64,000 bases of DNA from Sedimentisphaerales bacterium (GCA_963663805.2 CAXXMR010000008.1:160001-224000); one strand, 5' to 3'. Shown: positions 10,490 through 19,572, numbered from the stretch's first letter. The notes: generated by a model not told the origin, from the letters alone. Translations and numbers: made by a program.

Positions 10490-11973
10490 GCTACCTCCCC
10501 GGCCAACTGGTTATAAACATCGAGATTGCGTTTGCCATCGCCTTGGTTTACCAGGACTTGATTGCCGGCAAGGTTCAATTGTGAGCCGTTACGTAAAAAG
10601 CTTTCCACCGCTTCATCGCTGAACGCCCGGCACTTGACACAAACACCAACGGCATGTTCAACTTCTTTTTGCGGATGCCTGATAAAGAGCAGCAGGATGT
10701 TGATGTATTTACCGGGCCCTTCACTGCCGTATCGATATTCAAGCTCTGTTCGCATCAAGGTGAAATCTTCGCCCCAGGGCTGGCCCTTGAATGGCCGAGC
10801 ATTATCCAGCGAACCGGGCTTACGCTCTAAAAGTTTGATATAATGCAGCGGATCCAGGATATACTGGTCTTTATCGTAACATCTGGAATGCGAGGCAACC
10901 AGCTCATTTTTATAGAACAGGTCAACCCGGTCAACGAATACCTTGACCTGGCAAGATTGATAGGCATACTCCGTCGGCACCGAATACCGGTTAGTATCAA
11001 CCCGTACTGTAAGCTGTTTGTCCGCAAAGGTGGATATTCGACGACAGGCTTCAAACTTCTGCTCAGGCAGTTCGTATAAATGTGTTTTCTCTTCCGCAAA
11101 TAAATCGCCAATGGTTTTATTCGTATGAGGTGCAGGGCCCTGGCGATCCAGTTCTTTGATACACTGAGCAATCAGCATCTCATTCAGCTGAGCCATATCG
11201 GTAACTCTCGGAACCGGAGAGAAGAACTGCCTTTCACTTCGCTTGGCGAGATTCTCGACATCGCCTTTTTCATTACCTTTAGCGACATTGCAAAAACGAG
11301 TGTCAAACAAATACCAACTCTTAAGCTCTACGAATTTGCGGTTGAGCCGACGCTTGCCTTTTTTGAGAACCTTTAGAACCGCAGTTTTTAAATTGTCGTA
11401 AGCAATGCGTTTGGGCACGCCGCCGAAATATTCAAACGCCCGGACATGGCCGTCAAGAAAACATTCGATCTTCATGCTCTCGTAAGCACAAACAAAAGGA
11501 GCCTTAGAACAGCACAGCTTCATGCAAAAAACGTAGACCTTCTTCTCCCTGCCGTTTTCTTTAATGTTAGCTTCATGCCAGTCAACCTGGGCTTCTTCGC
11601 CAAACTCAAACGCTAACGGCAGGTAAGCTTCTTTTTGGCGATTACTCGCCTCCTTGATATACCGCTGGACAGTGCTGTAATGGCCGGTGAAACCATACTC
11701 GTCACAAAGCCGCTGATACATTTTGGTCGCCTGCATCCGCTGCTTACGCCGAACCTTTTTGTCAGATTCCAGCCAGGTGTCAATAATGTGCGCGAAGGGA
11801 TCCATGACAGCCTTGACCCGCGGCTGACTGAGCCGATAGCCCGGCGGAATCGGATTTTTCAGGGCCTTGGCCACCGTGTTACGCGAATGCCCCAGCTCCA
11901 GGGCAACCTCACGTTGCGATATCCCATCACGAACTTTACGTCTGATAATCTCATAATGCTCCACTGTAAGCAC
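10486..11973 (-). CDS. istA: IS21 transposase IstA
   Basis: N-terminal HTH (SRNTVAKAL), GEEAQVDW, YDNLKTAV, NEKGDVE (DDE), NRYSVP; 4-bp overlap with istB. Confidence 0.95.
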   Translation of the reverse strand: MLTVEHYEIIRRKVRDGISQREVALELGHSRNTVAKALKNPIPPGYRLSQPRVKAVMDPFAHIIDTWLESDKKVRRKQRMQATKMYQRLCDEYGFTGHYSTVQRYIKEASNRQKEAYLPLAFEFGEEAQVDWHEANIKENGREKKVYVFCMKLCCSKAPFVCAYESMKIECFLDGHVRAFEYFGGVPKRIAYDNLKTAVLKVLKKGKRRLNRKFVELKSWYLFDTRFCNVAKGNEKGDVENLAKRSERQFFSPVPRVTDMAQLNEMLIAQCIKELDRQGPAPHTNKTIGDLFAEEKTHLYELPEQKFEACRRISTFADKQLTVRVDTNRYSVPTEYAYQSCQVKVFVDRVDLFYKNELVASHSRCYDKDQYILDPLHYIKLLERKPGSLDNARPFKGQPWGEDFTLMRTELEYRYGSEGPGKYINILLLFIRHPQKEVEHAVGVCVKCRAFSDEAVESFLRNGSQLNLAGNQVLVNQGDGKRNLDVYNQLAGEVA

Positions 11974-12109
11974 CTTTCTAAGCCTCCTGTGTCTAAAATG
12001 TTACGTATCTTAAACACATCTTATCGGCCTTTTACAGTGGCTCCTTTTTCGATGCTTTTTCAGAAGAGAAAACCCGCAAATCTGGCTCCATTTTCAATGC
12101 TAATCACCA

Positions 12110-12268
12110 GTCAATCTACTTAGTAACGAAGTAAATCTACCTGGGAGCTAAGTCAATCTACTTAGGAGCTAAGTCAATCTACTTAGGAGCTAAGTCAATC
12201 TACTTAGGAGCTAAGTCAATCTACTTTGGAACAAAGTCAATTGACTTTACTCCAAAGCAGATTGGAGT
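12110..12268. repeat. Right part of the same 21-bp array
   Basis: Cores at 12129, 12150, 12171, 12192, 12213 and 12234 (AAGTCAATCTACTT x4; AAGTCAATTGACTT is a perfect palindrome). Linkers agtaacg, gggagct, aggagct x3, tggaaca. Confidence 0.9.
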
Positions 12269-12460
12269 TATCGGCCAGCTCCGCGATTTCAGTATCTTGC
12301 AAGCTGATTTTATGAGACTACGGCCTGAATAACGGTTTTTGGCATTGGGCTTACACTTATAAGACCTTATTTAACCGCAGATTACACCGATTACGCGAAT
12401 TCTTAACTGCGAATACTATTTTTGACATGATGAACGGGATTTATGAGACATTGTTGGGGG

Positions 12461-12503
12461 GACAGCGAAGGTCGACCGGACTCTGGGGCCGACCTTCGCT
12501 GTC
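12461..12503. terminator. Strong hairpin downstream of the RCC1 gene
   Basis: 14-bp perfect stem gacagcgaaggtcg/cgaccttcgctgtc; no good U-tract, so a terminator role is uncertain. Confidence 0.5.
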
Positions 12504-12514
12504 AAAAGTTATCA

Positions 12515-15500
12515 TCAATCTTTGGATTCTGACAGGGTTGACTTTGATAGTTCGGCTTTCCATTCCGTCAGGAGTTCATCGAGCCAGTCAAGGAGCATTT
12601 GCATAGACTCTTTGTACTGTTCTTCGGAGATTTCTTCTTGGAAATCTGGGTTGGTTAGCCAATCGTTTTCTATGATTTCGATTATATCTTCGACCATTAA
12701 CATAGTCTCGTAAGTGGTGTATTCCCGTTCGGGTTGATTCTTTTGCCATTTGGCCTGGCGGTTGGATTCGATTTGTTCGTCGGTCAGGATGGTTGCTTCG
12801 GGGATTGACGCGGTACGCATCATGGCGACGGCGGTAGAGTCGGAATCATACCAACAGGCTTGCCAGAGCCAATAACCGAAAGTTTCGGCGTTGGTGGAAT
12901 CTACAAAAATCATCAAATCATCGAGGTCGATGTACTGGTCATTGTCGAGGTCGCAGCGGGTGTCGTAGTTTTCGTTGGGGTCATTATTAGTGGCGGGGTC
13001 GTAGTTATGCCAGGCTTTCTCGAACAGAGCGAACTCTTTTAAGTTTACCACACCGTCGGCGTTATAGTCGAGTGTGCAGCTTATGCCGGAATCGCAGGAA
13101 TAATATTCATCGGCTCCCATATCTACGTAAGTACCATTGATGCGGTCTTCGTTATCGATGTCGGTTTCACCGGTTATTACGTTGGTGTTGTCGCCTTCAT
13201 CAATACAGGGGGAATCGGCGGAAAGGTGGAAGTTACCGAGGGTTTCATCATCATAAGCGAAGCAGGGGTCGCAGAAGATATTGGTTGGATTATTAGGGTC
13301 AGTCTCGCCGCAAGTCAGGGTTGGATGATTAAAGCAGCTATAAATGGGAATACAGCCGCCGCTGTATTGAATGCCTGATGAGTTGTTGGCCCACAGGATA
13401 TTATTGGGGACATCAAGATTGGTGGTGGAGCCGTCGAGGGCTTTGCCGGTGTTATAGACGATAGTACAGTTGCGGACTTCGGAGCCGGTGGAGCAGGCGG
13501 AAAGGTTTATGCCTGTACCGCCGTTCAGGTGTATCCAGCAGTTTGTGGCTGAGAGGATATCGGCATAACCGCTTATGCCGCTGCCGTTATTATCGCAGAT
13601 AATAGAATGATCGACAATCAAATCGCTGTTGGTGCTAAAGCTTATGCCGTTGCCGGTATTGTTGGTTATACGGCAGTTGCTGATGGTTAGTTCGGTGCCG
13701 GTGCCGCAAGTGACGGCGTTACCGAAGGCGCTGGTCAGGATGAAACCATCGACAGCCACGCCGGTGGTGGAATTGTTGAGATTGACAATGGTCGAGCAGG
13801 TGCTGTTGCCGCTCAGGTAAGTTTTATTGCGGGCGGGTTTGCGTTCGGATAGGGTGGTTTCGGTGCCTATGAAGCCGCCGTAGATTTCCACGTCGGCGGG
13901 TATGGTGAATTTATCGGTGGACAGTGTCCCCGGTATATAAGTACCGGCGGCAACCCAGATTTCATCGCCGCAGCCGTTAGCAGCTCTGGCAAGGGCCTCC
14001 TGTAAGGTGTTGTAGGCGTTGGCCCAACTGGTGCCGTTGTTATAGCCGGTGGCGTGGGAGGAAACATAGATTATATCACCGCCGTAACAGCAGATATCGA
14101 AAGAGGTTTGGTCCTGAATGTAGTAATAGTCTGAAAGTACGTCCACGGTGCTGTATAGGGTTTCCAGAGGAGTGACGGCGTTGCTGACGGTGGCGGTGAT
14201 GGAATAGCTGGCGGGAGTGCCGGGACTGACTGTTGCGTTTGGCCAGATGTAACAGTATTCGGTTTCGTCGAGATAGCCGGTGGCGGGACTGGCGGAGCTA
14301 AAGATGAGACTGTCGGGTATGTAAAGGATTATATCTGCGTTAATGGCGGTGGTACCGTTGGGGTCGAGCGTAGCGGTGAGGGTTACCGAATCATCGGGGG
14401 ACACACAATCGCCCTGATAGGTGGCAGTTAGAGTTACATCGAAGTCATAGCCGGCATCGGCACAAGTCATCTTGACAGGGGCAGTGAAATAGCCTCCAGC
14501 GGTGCCGATACCAAGTTTGCCAATAGCGTTGCTTCCCCAGCCGAAGATTTCGCCGGTATCCTCGATGGCCAGTTGATGAGTGTAACCATCGTCAATCGCG
14601 GTGATGTGTTCGAGATAGCCGGAGTAGCTTGTCTGTTCGCCGGCGGGGACGATGGTCGGGGCTGTCGGTGTGGCGGTTCCGGTCCATTGCCAGACGAAAC
14701 CTTCAGCATCGAGAGCGAGACTATGGCTTGAACCTGCGCCAATGGCGACGATGTTTTCGAGATAGGTCGTCCCCATTTCGCCGCCGGGAACTCTGGCAGG
14801 GTATCCGGTCGTCCACTGCCAGACATTGCCGTTTTCATCGAGTGCCAGAGAATGATAGCAGGAGGAGATTTCGATGATGTTTTCAAGATAGCCTGTCCCG
14901 TTTTCGCCGGGAACCTTCTGGGCGCAAAGTGTGTTATTGCCCCATTCCCAGACGTTGTCGTTAGCGTCACGAGCGATAGAGTGTTGTACCCCGGCGTCAA
15001 CTTCGATGATGTCGAAACCGGTGTCGTGGCCGAGATAAGTAACCGGGTCCAAACTCGTTTTGACTTTGACGGGAGTTTCGATGTCAGCCCCAGAAGTTCC
15101 GTTGCCGCATTGCCCGTAAGCGTTATAGCCCCAGCCGTAAGTATATTCCCCTTCGGAAGCGAGCGAGTGCAAACCGCTGCGACCGGCGGAAATGCAGGTT
15201 ATGTTTTCGAGAATAGCGTTTGGGTCGGCGCTTTGTTCGCCAGCATGAACAGCGATGGGGTAAATTACATCATCTGTATCATCACCGTTACCTATCTGTC
15301 CGTTTGTATCACCACCCCAGGCCCAGACATTGCCGTTAATGTTATCAACCGCTAAAGAATGATACCAACCGGCATCGAGGGCGATAATATTTTCGAGAAA
15401 ACCGGAAGCTGTGTTCATTTCGCCATCGTGAGTCTGTACTAGCTCGTACTTGTCCGGCAGGTTTCCAATGCCTAGTCTACCATTTTCATTACTCCCACAA

Positions 15501-15655
15501 GCCCAGACTATATTATTTTCCATTAATACAAGCGTGTGGTCTTCACCACCGGAAATTGCTATGGCCCTGAGACAAACTTCGTCTGCATTTGAAGTTGCAG
15601 TAAAAGTAGTAATAAACATTAAAACAACAGCTAAAGCTTCTTTTGCGCGCACCAT
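12515..15655 (-). CDS. Secreted RCC1-repeat beta-propeller protein with Ig/DUF11-like, beta-helix and dockerin-like domains
   Basis: Signal peptide; GxxHSLA...VWAWGxNxxGQLG repeats; GTSWANAY...EIWVAAGTY; LSADSPCIDEG...VDMGADE; DYNADGVVNLKEF and DLDNDQYIDLDDL. Confidence 0.85.
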   Translation of the reverse strand: MVRAKEALAVVLMFITTFTATSNADEVCLRAIAISGGEDHTLVLMENNIVWACGSNENGRLGIGNLPDKYELVQTHDGEMNTASGFLENIIALDAGWYHSLAVDNINGNVWAWGGDTNGQIGNGDDTDDVIYPIAVHAGEQSADPNAILENITCISAGRSGLHSLASEGEYTYGWGYNAYGQCGNGTSGADIETPVKVKTSLDPVTYLGHDTGFDIIEVDAGVQHSIARDANDNVWEWGNNTLCAQKVPGENGTGYLENIIEISSCYHSLALDENGNVWQWTTGYPARVPGGEMGTTYLENIVAIGAGSSHSLALDAEGFVWQWTGTATPTAPTIVPAGEQTSYSGYLEHITAIDDGYTHQLAIEDTGEIFGWGSNAIGKLGIGTAGGYFTAPVKMTCADAGYDFDVTLTATYQGDCVSPDDSVTLTATLDPNGTTAINADIILYIPDSLIFSSASPATGYLDETEYCYIWPNATVSPGTPASYSITATVSNAVTPLETLYSTVDVLSDYYYIQDQTSFDICCYGGDIIYVSSHATGYNNGTSWANAYNTLQEALARAANGCGDEIWVAAGTYIPGTLSTDKFTIPADVEIYGGFIGTETTLSERKPARNKTYLSGNSTCSTIVNLNNSTTGVAVDGFILTSAFGNAVTCGTGTELTISNCRITNNTGNGISFSTNSDLIVDHSIICDNNGSGISGYADILSATNCWIHLNGGTGINLSACSTGSEVRNCTIVYNTGKALDGSTTNLDVPNNILWANNSSGIQYSGGCIPIYSCFNHPTLTCGETDPNNPTNIFCDPCFAYDDETLGNFHLSADSPCIDEGDNTNVITGETDIDNEDRINGTYVDMGADEYYSCDSGISCTLDYNADGVVNLKEFALFEKAWHNYDPATNNDPNENYDTRCDLDNDQYIDLDDLMIFVDSTNAETFGYWLWQACWYDSDSTAVAMMRTASIPEATILTDEQIESNRQAKWQKNQPEREYTTYETMLMVEDIIEIIENDWLTNPDFQEEISEEQYKESMQMLLDWLDELLTEWKAELSKSTLSESKD

Positions 15656-15701
15656 CCCTATTTTCTCCTTTCGCGAGATTAGAATAAGAAAATTGCTAAA
15701 T

Positions 15702-16352
15702 TTAACGTCTACGAATTGCCAGCAATCCGCCCAGTGACAATAATCCTATAAAAGTTGGTTCTGGAACCAAAGTAGCTGATGTAATTTCCAAAGTTATGTA
15801 AAACTCATCGTAATTGGTTCCAATTTTGTCACTATTAATCGATATAAGATTTCTGCTACCCCAATCGGATAATATGGGTGCAGTCACTGGCAAGGTCAAT
15901 CCAGATAAGGCTTCGCCAGTATCATCGCCTAATTGCCAGCGAATAGATTCAATGCCGATATCATCCAATATCGTTTGATTTTGATGACTACTGAGAATGT
16001 AAGCATCTTCACCAGTTGGAAATGCATCATTTGTTAATGCGAGTTTTAATTCTGGAGTAACCGGGTCCGCCCCAAAAATAATGCCATCTATATCCAATGT
16101 TATTCCATATGGCTGAGCGTTAAAAGTATAGATTGTTGTAAATTCGTCACTATATGATGGGGCAATATTGGTGTTGTACGTATAACTTCCCGTCATAACA
16201 CTACCAGTAGCAATTTTGCCATTCAGAAGATTTGCTGAATCATCAACCGAAGTTACGGTTCCAGAAATAGCGATAGTAATAATTTCCGCTGGACAGGCTG
16301 AAGCGATAAAAACCAAAGCCGCGACAAAAACAATGATAACGCTCTTTTTCAT
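15702..16352 (-). CDS. PEP-CTERM sorting-domain surface protein (copy 1)
   Basis: Signal peptide MKKSVIIVFVAALVFIASA; C-terminal VPEPTFIGLLSLGGLLAIRRR; RBS GGAGG. Confidence 0.9.
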   Translation of the reverse strand: MKKSVIIVFVAALVFIASACPAEIITIAISGTVTSVDDSANLLNGKIATGSVMTGSYTYNTNIAPSYSDEFTTIYTFNAQPYGITLDIDGIIFGADPVTPELKLALTNDAFPTGEDAYILSSHQNQTILDDIGIESIRWQLGDDTGEALSGLTLPVTAPILSDWGSRNLISINSDKIGTNYDEFYITLEITSATLVPEPTFIGLLSLGGLLAIRRR

Positions 16353-16479
16353 GTCAAAATCCTCCATAATGATATATTGTTAGGTTCCTATTTCGATTAT
16401 ATGTGGTGTCCAGTTTGTTTGACCATATATTTTTCTGTTTTTTTATGGCAGTGCAAAAAATAAGGGCACCGCCGAACAA

Positions 16480-16606
16480 TATGCTCAAGCAGGGCTCCGC
16501 TAGGGCCTGTAACGAACACACGCCAGCGATACCCAATGCCAAAGGGCAAATGGGCACCGACAATGCGTGTCTCGTCACAATAAATTAGCGGATTTTGCTC
16601 AAGACG
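16480..16606 (-). ncRNA. Putative structured leader RNA, copy A (most diverged)
   Basis: Minus-strand stems cttgagca/tgcttgag, tccgcta/tagcgga, tgtgacga/tcgttaca, acacgc/gcgtgt and cggtgccca/tgggtatcg, with outer helices and internal loops like those of copies B-D. Confidence 0.55.
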
Positions 16607-16842
16607 CTCACTGGTAACAGTGACTTACCTATTCAAATGTAAAAGGTGGCATATTTCGCCTAAATTAACGCTCCTAAAAAATACAAACCACCTTCCCAAA
16701 GTCTTACGACTTCCTGTACTTTATCAGATGTTTAATCTCATTGCAAGAGAAAAAACTTTTATTTCCGTCACAGCAGCCCCGACCAACTGCTGTGACAATA
16801 AGGACTTAGCGTTCTTTGCACGCAAAGAGGACGCCGCCGCAA

Positions 16843-16985
16843 TTATGCCTGCTTTAGGCCCGCAAAAGCCCGACGAGGTCATAAAAGCAAACGGCGTCCT
16901 TGTATCTACAAACCAAGGACACCGAGCCTTTCAAGCCACCTCGTCAGATAAATTTGCGGTTTAAAGCAGGCGGAATGAAATCTCA
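16843..16985 (-). ncRNA. Putative structured leader RNA, copy B
   Basis: Stems cctgcttta/taaagcagg, ccgcaaa/tttgcgg, gacgaggt/acctcgtc, hairpin ggcttgaaaggct, cggtgtccttg/caaggacgccg. Confidence 0.75.
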
Positions 16986-17068
16986 GTGTAATAGTGATTT
17001 CAAATATTCAGATGTGTTCAGCTCGTTTAGGTCAAATAAATCTCCTGAAAGAAAAATCGTATACTAGC

Positions 17069-17096
17069 AATCTACATCAAGAAATCGGAAAAGCAA
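17069..17096 (-). promoter_or_regulatory. Putative sigma70-type promoter of duplicated unit 1
   Basis: TTGCTT-N16-TAGATT; positionally conserved with the promoter of unit 2. Confidence 0.5.
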
Positions 17097-17112
17097 ATTA
17101 AAAATGAAAAAA

Positions 17113-18267
17113 TTATGTTAATGCCGAATTGCTGTTACTTCCCCAGCCGAAGATTTCGCCGGTATCCTCTATCGCCAGTTGATGAGTGTAACCATCGTCG
17201 ATAGCGGTGATGTGTTCGAGATAGCCGGAGTAGCTTGACTGTTCGCCAGCAGGAACAATTGTCGGGGCGGTTGGCGTAGCAGTGCCGGTCCATTGCCAGA
17301 CGAAACCATTCTCATCGAGAGCGAGATTATGGCTTGATCCGGCACCAATAGCGACAATGTTTTCAAGATAGGTTGTCCCCATTTCGCCGCCGGACACCTT
17401 GGCGGGATAACCAGTGGTCCACTGCCAGACATTACCGTTTTCGTCAAGAGCCAACGAATGAGAACAAGAGGCGATTTCGATGATGCCTTCAAGATATCCA
17501 ACACCGTTTTCGCCGGGAACTTTAATGGCGTAAAGACTGCTGTTGTTGACGCCCCATTCCCAAACGTTATCGTTAGCATCACGAGCGATGGAATGACCAA
17601 CCCCGGCGTCAACTTCAACAATGTCGAAACCAGTGTCGTGGCCGAGGTAGGTTGTCGCGGAGGTTTTTACTTTGACGGGCGTTTCAACGTCAGCACCAGA
17701 AGTATCGTTGCCACATTGACCGTGAGCGTTATATCCCCAGCCGTAAGTATATTCGCCTTCGGAAGCGAGAGAGTGCAAACCGCTACGACCTGCGGAAACG
17801 CAGGTTATATCTTCAAGAATTGCGTTTGGGTCGGTACTTTGTTCACCAGCCCAAACAACTATTGGATATGTATAGTTGCCAGTATCAGTGCCGTTTCCTA
17901 TTTGGCCATTTGTGTCGCCACCCCAAGCCCAGACATTGCCATCAACATCATCGACCGCGAGTGAATGATACCAGCCCGCATCGACTGCAGCAATATTTTC
18001 AAGATAACCTGACGTGGTATCCATATCACCATCATGAGTTTGTATCAGGTAAGGCGAACTCATGGTGCATGGGTCTTGGATTCCCAATTGCCCGTTAGCG
18101 TTACCGCCACACGCCCAAACAGTTTCGTTCTCCATCAACACTAGCGTGTGATATTCTCCACCTGAAATTGCAACTGCTCTAAGGCAAGTGTCGCCAGCAT
18201 TTGAGGCAGTCATTAAAGTTAAAATAGCGATTAATACGACGACCATTATTTGTTTTGCGCGCACCAT
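17113..18267 (-). CDS. RCC1-repeat protein, C-terminally truncated paralog of 12515..15655
   Basis: Highly similar to the first ~380 aa of the long paralog; ends abruptly at GEIFGWGSNSNSALT*, at the duplication junction. Confidence 0.8.
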   Translation of the reverse strand: MVRAKQIMVVVLIAILTLMTASNAGDTCLRAVAISGGEYHTLVLMENETVWACGGNANGQLGIQDPCTMSSPYLIQTHDGDMDTTSGYLENIAAVDAGWYHSLAVDDVDGNVWAWGGDTNGQIGNGTDTGNYTYPIVVWAGEQSTDPNAILEDITCVSAGRSGLHSLASEGEYTYGWGYNAHGQCGNDTSGADVETPVKVKTSATTYLGHDTGFDIVEVDAGVGHSIARDANDNVWEWGVNNSSLYAIKVPGENGVGYLEGIIEIASCSHSLALDENGNVWQWTTGYPAKVSGGEMGTTYLENIVAIGAGSSHNLALDENGFVWQWTGTATPTAPTIVPAGEQSSYSGYLEHITAIDDGYTHQLAIEDTGEIFGWGSNSNSALT

Positions 18268-18305
18268 CTCTGTTTTCTCCTTTCGCAAGGTTAAAATATT
18301 AGAAG

Positions 18306-18965
18306 TTATTGAGCTTTACAAGTACGACGTAGTGTTATCAGACCACCCAAAAACAGTAAGCCTATTGTAGTTGGTTCTGGCACCAAGGTTGCTGAGGTAA
18401 CTGTTGCCCTTATAAGCAAAGATTCTTTGTTACCATAATCATCTGTTTTAACACCATCAATTGAGATTATATTATACTGCCAATCAGTAAGATTTAATAT
18501 GTCCGTCGGTAATTCTAAGGAAGATAAGGCTTCGCCAGTTTCATCATCTAACTGCCAACTAATTCTTTCAATGGGCATTTCTGATACAGCAACATTGTTG
18601 CTACTTAACATATAAAATCCATCCCCTCTTGATGGATAATCGTTTTTAATTTGGACTAAAACATCTCTATTTTGAATAGCTGTTTCAAATTTTAAATCAC
18701 CAATTTCGAGAAACATTCCACATGGAGCAGAATAGAACTTATAGTGTGCAAGACTTGTCTCCAATATTGAAGGAGCTGTATCACTTTCATAAGCATACCA
18801 GCCAGTTATTGGGGCTCCGATAGCAATTACGCCACCCAGAACATTCGCATCGTCAATAATATAGCTAATTTGCCCGGTAATTTCCACCTTAACGATGTCT
18901 GCTTGGATTATTGGAGTAACCAAAGCAGATACCAAGCTGACAAGAATAATAAAGCTCTTCTTCAT
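18306..18965 (-). CDS. PEP-CTERM sorting-domain surface protein (copy 2)
   Basis: Signal peptide; VPEPTTIGLLFLGGLITLRR; shares WQLxDxTGEALS with copy 1. Confidence 0.9.
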   Translation of the reverse strand: MKKSFIILVSLVSALVTPIIQADIVKVEITGQISYIIDDANVLGGVIAIGAPITGWYAYESDTAPSILETSLAHYKFYSAPCGMFLEIGDLKFETAIQNRDVLVQIKNDYPSRGDGFYMLSSNNVAVSEMPIERISWQLDDETGEALSSLELPTDILNLTDWQYNIISIDGVKTDDYGNKESLLIRATVTSATLVPEPTTIGLLFLGGLITLRRTCKAQ

Positions 18966-19071
18966 GTCAAATCCTCCATAATAGTGTAATTGTTAAGTTC
19001 CTACCTCAATTATACGCGATGTCCAGTCTAATCGACGACCCTATTTTTCAAAAAAAAGGGAACCGCCACGA

Positions 19072-19208
19072 TTACGCCAACTCTAGGTTCGGCAGAACCC
19101 GGCAAGGCCGTAAAAGCAACGGCGCCCTTGTTCGCAAAGGGCACCGAGCCTTTCAAGCCGCCTTACCAAGCTAAACTGCCGATTTAGAGTTGGGCGAATG
19201 AAATCTCG
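19072..19208 (-). ncRNA. Putative structured leader RNA, copy C
   Basis: Stems ccaactcta/tagagttgg, tcggcag/ctgccga, ggtaaggc/gccttgcc, hairpin ggcttgaaaggct, cggtgccctt/aagggcgccg. Confidence 0.75.
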
Positions 19209-19430
19209 ATGATCTCAGTTATTCAATTGTTACATTACCTACATTCTGCCTAAATTAACGCTCCTGACAAATATAAATGACTTCCCAATCTTACGACTTC
19301 CTGCACTTTATCAGATGTTTAGTCTCATTGCAAGAGAAAAAACTTTTATTTCTGCCACAGCAGCCCCGACCAACTGCTGTGACAATAAAGACTTAACGTT
19401 CTTTTCGCGCAAAGGGAACGCCGTCGCGAT

Positions 19431-19572
19431 TATGCCAATCCTAGGCCCGCAAAAGCCCTGCAAGGTCATAGAAGCAAACGGCGTTCCTGTTCTACAAACC
19501 AGAAACGCCGAGCTTTCCACGCCACCTTGCATTGCTAAATTTGCGGTTTAGGATTGGTGGTATGAAATCTCG
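19431..19572 (-). ncRNA. Putative structured leader RNA, copy D
   Basis: Stems ccaatccta/taggattgg, ccgcaaa/tttgcgg, tgcaaggt/accttgca, ggcgtggaaagct, cggcgtttctg/caggaacgccg. Confidence 0.75.

Larger units (their letters stand above)
9598..12109 (-). mobile_element. IS21-family insertion sequence (2512 bp)
   Basis: TG...CA ends; 34-bp terminal IRs at 9598-9631 and 12076-12109 (33/34 identical); 5-bp target duplication GTCAA at 9593-9597 and 12110-12114; internal GAGCCA-containing subterminal repeats; carries istA and istB. Confidence 0.96.

Noticed and set aside
9381..12268. CRISPR array
   Set aside because: Repeat (14 bp) and spacers (7 bp) are far too short, spacers recur, and there are no cas genes in the window.
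14530..18267. Diversity-generating retroelement (TR/VR pair) in the RCC1 duplicates
   Set aside because: No reverse transcriptase; differences are not adenine-specific and include synonymous changes and indels.
19405..19430. Fluoride riboswitch (GCGACGGCGUUCCC resembles GGCGAUGGUGUUCGCC)
   Set aside because: The downstream conserved GCURAUGAC element is missing and the gene context is wrong.
16620..19551. Paralogous ORFs 16620..16964 and 19315..19551 (+) and 16354..16578 (-) as proteins
   Set aside because: They overlap the conserved leader; lengths and starts differ, and substitutions track base-pairing rather than codons.
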